From Calcarisporiella thermophila CBS 279.70 (lineage: Eukaryota; Fungi; Calcarisporiellomycota), in NCBI RefSeq assembly GCF_041956535.1, contig NW_027192197.1, positions 569,829 through 633,828 on the forward strand: DNA of 64,000 nt, given 5' to 3'. This document shows, piece by piece, positions 59,673 to 64,000 of the stretch; within the stretch, counting starts at the first letter, position 1; each line of letters opens with the position of its first letter. A model generated the notes under the pieces. The model was not told the origin of the DNA, did no database searches, and saw nothing but the letters and a program-made list of their open reading frames with translations. A program made the translations under genes and the position numbers.

Positions 59673-62600
59673 TTACCAGGCAATCTTGGCAATCCACGAG
59701 TCTTTAAATGTGCGGGCGAGTAGCTTCCTCATCTCGTCCATCAATACAATTCCAATTGCTAGAGCAATAGGGATGAGCCAGTGGCGGACCGGGACTGGGC
59801 GAGTGCCGAACACATTATTAAAGAAGGGAAGTAGAGTGATAAGAAGGGCAATGCAAAGCGACCCCACCATGGCTGCGAACAAGTAGAGGTTGCGCGTGCG
59901 TTTTGCCAAGGGCGAAGCTTGCAACAGGGAGAGGCGCCGGGTGCGGATGGCCAGCACATTTCCGAATTGGAGAATGACGAGGGTGACGAAATAGACACAC
60001 TGTCCGGTGTTTTTGAGGTCGTCCAGCTCAGCCTTGGACTTACCCATGAAGCCCTCGTCGTACTTGTCGAAGGCGAACACAATATCCCTGAAGCCGATAC
60101 CACCCTCAGTCTGGAGGTAGAGGAAGTACATGCACATGGAGAGCAGCATCTCCATCAAACCAATCCATCCGTAGGCGTGGAGCAACAGGCGGAAATTGAC
60201 GAGTCGATCTCGTTTTGGATTGCGGGGAAGTCGTTGCAATAGATCCGACTCGGGTTGTTCTTTCATCAGGGCAATGGAAGGGAGCATATCGGTGAGGACG
60301 CAAATACAAATCATGACTAGTAGAACAGCACACTCGTTAGATATGAAGGGAGAACTGGGGAAAATACAAAAATACTTACGGAAGGTGGAGAGAGGGGCGG
60401 GGATACCGAGGAAAACATTGATAAGGACAGGCCAAAGCTCGGACCACGAACCAGCAGGCAACAAGTACATGATCACTACAACAAGAAGAGCAGATTAATC
60501 AGGGGGCATTTTTGGGCAATCCAAACGACTAGAACTTACCTTTCTTCAAGTTGTCAAACACAAGTCTTCCGCATTCAATAGCATAAACGATACTTGAGAA
60601 CTTGTCCAAGAGCACCATGTCGGCGGCTTCCATAGCGACATCTGATCCACCTCCAATCGCAATACCGACATCGGCAGCCTTGAGCGAGGGCGAGTCATTC
60701 ACACCGTCTCCAGTCATGCCGACAATATTGCCACGTTTCTGGAACTCGCGAACAATTCGCAATTTTTGCTCAGGTGTTGTGCGGGCGAAAACGACCTCGG
60801 TGTACTGGGCAACTTGCTCCCATTGTTTCTCATTCAATGTGATCAGATCCGGACCAGTGAGCACCAGAGAGGTGACAGGCGCGTTTGGATCCCGGGGATC
60901 GTAACGCGTCACTCTTTCCGGCGGAAGGTTCGGGTCCAGGTTCTCGATGGTGTGGGTCTTGGTGGGTGGGTTGGTAATAATCCCAATTTGCCGTGCGATG
61001 GCTGCAGCCGTGCCAGCAAAGTCACCCGTCACCATGTAGAAGCGGATACCAGCTCCGCGGCAAATTCGCACCACCTCGGGGATCTCCTCTCTTGGCGGGT
61101 CAACAATGCCAACCAAACCGAGTACTGTTAGTTCCTGATTAAGTTCCATGATTTTATCGCCAAATGCGGAATGGTTCGAGTCGATGTCGGTAGGTAACAC
61201 ACTTGGAGAGAAGTTTCGACGAGCGAGCAGAATCACACGTTGCCCATTATCCGACCACCGGCTCTGGACGCCGGTGATCTTCTCCTTTAGTGCGTCATCA
61301 AACACTCGGTCCTCACCAGACTCAGGGTCGAGCACATAGGTACAACGAGGAAGAAGTATATCGGGGGCTCCCTTGACAAGTAGAGTGAGATGCTTGGAGT
61401 CCTTGGGGCTAAAGAGTTTGGCGGCATCTTCATTACGTGGTCGTTGAACGCTGATCATGAACTTGTTCTTGGAGTTGAACGGAAGCTCGTACACTCTCTC
61501 AAATAGATCAAACTCGCTCTCCACTGAGCCCAAATGCTCAGCAAATCGCAGAATGGCTGAGTCAGTAGCGTCACCGTTGATTTTTCGTTTGCTGAGGGGA
61601 TAGTCCAGTGTGGTGGGATCGAAGCTAGCAGCATTGCACAGAGCAGCGCAGAGATTAAGCTGTCGCAAACTTGCGCGCAGCGCCTCAGGTTCATCCTTTG
61701 TGTGCATGGTGTCATAGAACTGCTGGGGAGTTAATTCGCGATCAAGCAGGGAAGCGTTGGTGACGAACATTTTGTTCTCGGTGAGGGTGCCTGTTTTGTC
61801 CGAGCAAAGGACGTTGACACTACCAAGGGTTTCGACGGTGGTGAGAACCTTGCAGAGAACCTTGTTTTTCTGCATTCGATGAGCGATGAGGGTCAAGCAT
61901 AAGGTTACTGCAACGGGGAGACCTTCGGGCACATAGGCAACGATAACTCCAATGACATTAATAAGAATACCAGTAAGGGGAAGGAAGGTGGGATAGGACA
62001 CGCTAAGCCAAACTTTCCAGACAATAAGACAGATAGCACCTAGAGGGAGGAAGGGAGAAGGTACGATTATTTAAAAAGACTGCTAGGGCGGAGGTCCATC
62101 TTAGAGCTTACCAGTTGTAAGTGAGAGACTGGCAATAATAATGACAAAGCGTCTAATTTCAATTTGAAGTGTTGTCGAAGAATTGGAGCTAGCCGATGAC
62201 AATTTAGCAATACGACCCATAACTGTGTTATCACCTGTGGCAATAACAACACCAATACCGCTCCCATTGGTGACATGAGTACCCATAAGAGCAATGTTCT
62301 TTGTCTCAAGGAAGTTCTCATCCGTGCATTCCGTGCTACCGGCAACGGCATCACTCTCACCAGTGAGGATGGAGCGGTCGAATTTAAGATCTCCTGAAAT
62401 CTGTACCAAACGAATGTCTGCCGGAACCTGTAATAAGTGGACAAAGTAGTTAAGTTCAGATTTGTAGACCAATATGTATCTATCTGGTAGCGTGGGGTGT
62501 CTACCTTATTTCCCAAGTTCAAAAACACGATATCTCCAGTAACAAGCTCGGTTGCCGCCAATTTTAGCTTCTTTCCCCCTCGTAGGACCATTGTTTCAGC

Positions 62601-63338
62601 CGGAAGCATGTTGTTGATAGAAGCCATCACTCTCGCTGTAGACCAGTCTTGCCACGCGTTGAATGCAGCTTGAATGGCGACTACGATAAGCAGCAATATG
62701 GCGAGCGCAAGGTTGAGCGGATCTGGATTTGGAAGCCCGAGAGGCTGCCATGAGATCCAGCAGATCAGACTGGCAAGCCAGAGCAGTGCACCGAAGCCTC
62801 CGAAGAGATAGGAGGCGATCTTACGGAGGTAGTTAGTTCTGGCCGGAGTGATAGCGTTTTTGCCATTTTGTTGTAGGCGTTTAGTTGCTTGATCCAGCCC
62901 CAATCCCTCTAGAATGGAGGTGGAAAATCTTAAAAACACCTCATTGACGGGAATTTTATGCAGGTCCGACTCGGCGATTTCTATTGGATCAAATTTTAGC
63001 AACGAGTACCTCGGGTTCTTCAGAGCTTGAAGATTCAACTAGATACCTTTTGCAAGAGGAGCATTTGCAGGTTTAAGCTGCGCTTGCTGCGTCTCTGTAA
63101 CGTGGATGCTGAGGGTTCTGTAGCGGATGGGGATAACGCTGGCAAGGGTGGGGCGCTTGAAACGCACCTTTTCATCCGAATTCGAGCGCAAAATGCTGGA
63201 TTCTGTAGGTGTACGCGAGAGATTGTGAGATTGGAAACCGTCTCTGCTCTGGCGTGTATTGGAGCGTTCCAAATCGACCGCCGTAGGATTTCCAGAAGCT
63301 TTCGCGTCCTGGAAACTCAGGCCTTTCTCCTCGTCCAT
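59673..63338 (-). CDS. P-type ATPase, type IIC (Na+/K+-ATPase-like, fungal ACU-type)
   Basis: TGES, VAYVPEGL, CSDKTGTLT, PFNSKNKF, KGAPD, DPPR, MVTGD, FARTTPEQKL, TGDGVNDSPSLK, YLLPAGSWSE and TDMLPSIAL. Confidence 0.9.
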
Positions 63339-64000
63339 GGCTAGTGAAGGTGAGCAAAAGAGTCTGGCTTGGGAACAGCTCGATATCTCGTCTTTTAAAG
63401 AAGATATGACGGCCTGAGCTATTTATTTGGGTGGGTGATGAGCTATTTATGCTGTAGTTGGTATTTGCGTGAATTAATAGAGGTTCTCCCTGGCTGAACT
63501 TGTGGTATTACCAAACAAAGTGGAATCGCCCCGCTTAAAGTCAGTTTCGACTGATATTATCCACTCAATTGAAAACTTCTGTCTTAAAGGATTTAGACCG
63601 ATGTGTGGATCAGTACACAGGATAGGAAAACGCAGAGAGCTAAATTTTGAGGGATTTATCTAAAACCGAAAAGGCTAAGTTTACAACGTCATACTCCGAA
63701 GTCTGCGAAGCCCACAATTGGTCATGAAGAAGTAAAAAATAGGCCAACTACGTTAATAAAGGTAGAGATAACGCTCATCTCAGGTAAAAATTTAACTAAA
63801 TCTGTTATTACGCGACACAGGTATGGAAATGCTATCATTTTTAAGGTGCCAAGCCTCGATGGAGCATAACTTTCTCATTGGGAGGCAGAATAATCTACGA
63901 CTAATTATCTATTATTTAAGAAAGTTAGCCTCTTCGTCATGATCGTTCAGGCACTTCTCCTGGTCTCCCATATAAATATTGGATCGCATCCTAAGGGTGT

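Overview
This window is eukaryotic DNA from a gene-dense fungal chromosome with short GT-AG introns (mostly about 50-100 nt). The gene content and a U12-type intron suggest an early-diverging lineage such as Mucoromycota (inference). About 28 protein-coding genes can be supported. Recognisable ones are OLE1, ATP16, an RRM RNA-binding protein, an acyl-CoA synthetase-like protein, IMP3, a DDHD phospholipase, SIP5, GID4, PRO1, a PQ-loop transporter, a TPR-metallo-beta-lactamase fusion, ER cyclophilin B, an NDUFA4/B12D-like gene missed by the ORF track, RPS30, RICTOR/AVO3, a CBM21 PP1 subunit, ALE1, a stand-alone EF-hand protein, a Nudix hydrolase, eIF4G and a type IIC (Na,K/ACU-like) P-type ATPase. 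Several others are orphans. The most notable observations are: (1) a minor-spliceosome (U12) intron in eIF4G; (2) an AT-rich island with an intronless actinobacterial-like I36/beta-gamma-crystallin secreted protein next to a secreted protein with six C-x12/13-C modules; (3) a CBM21-less paralog of the PP1 glycogen-targeting subunit, with several Met-Pro-starting proteins around GID4; (4) a C-terminally truncated acyl-CoA synthetase with a degenerate P-loop; and (5) a candidate H/ACA snoRNA in the long RPS30 intron. No tRNA, rRNA, CRISPR array or intact transposon was seen. All gene models were spliced by eye, and no database searches were run.
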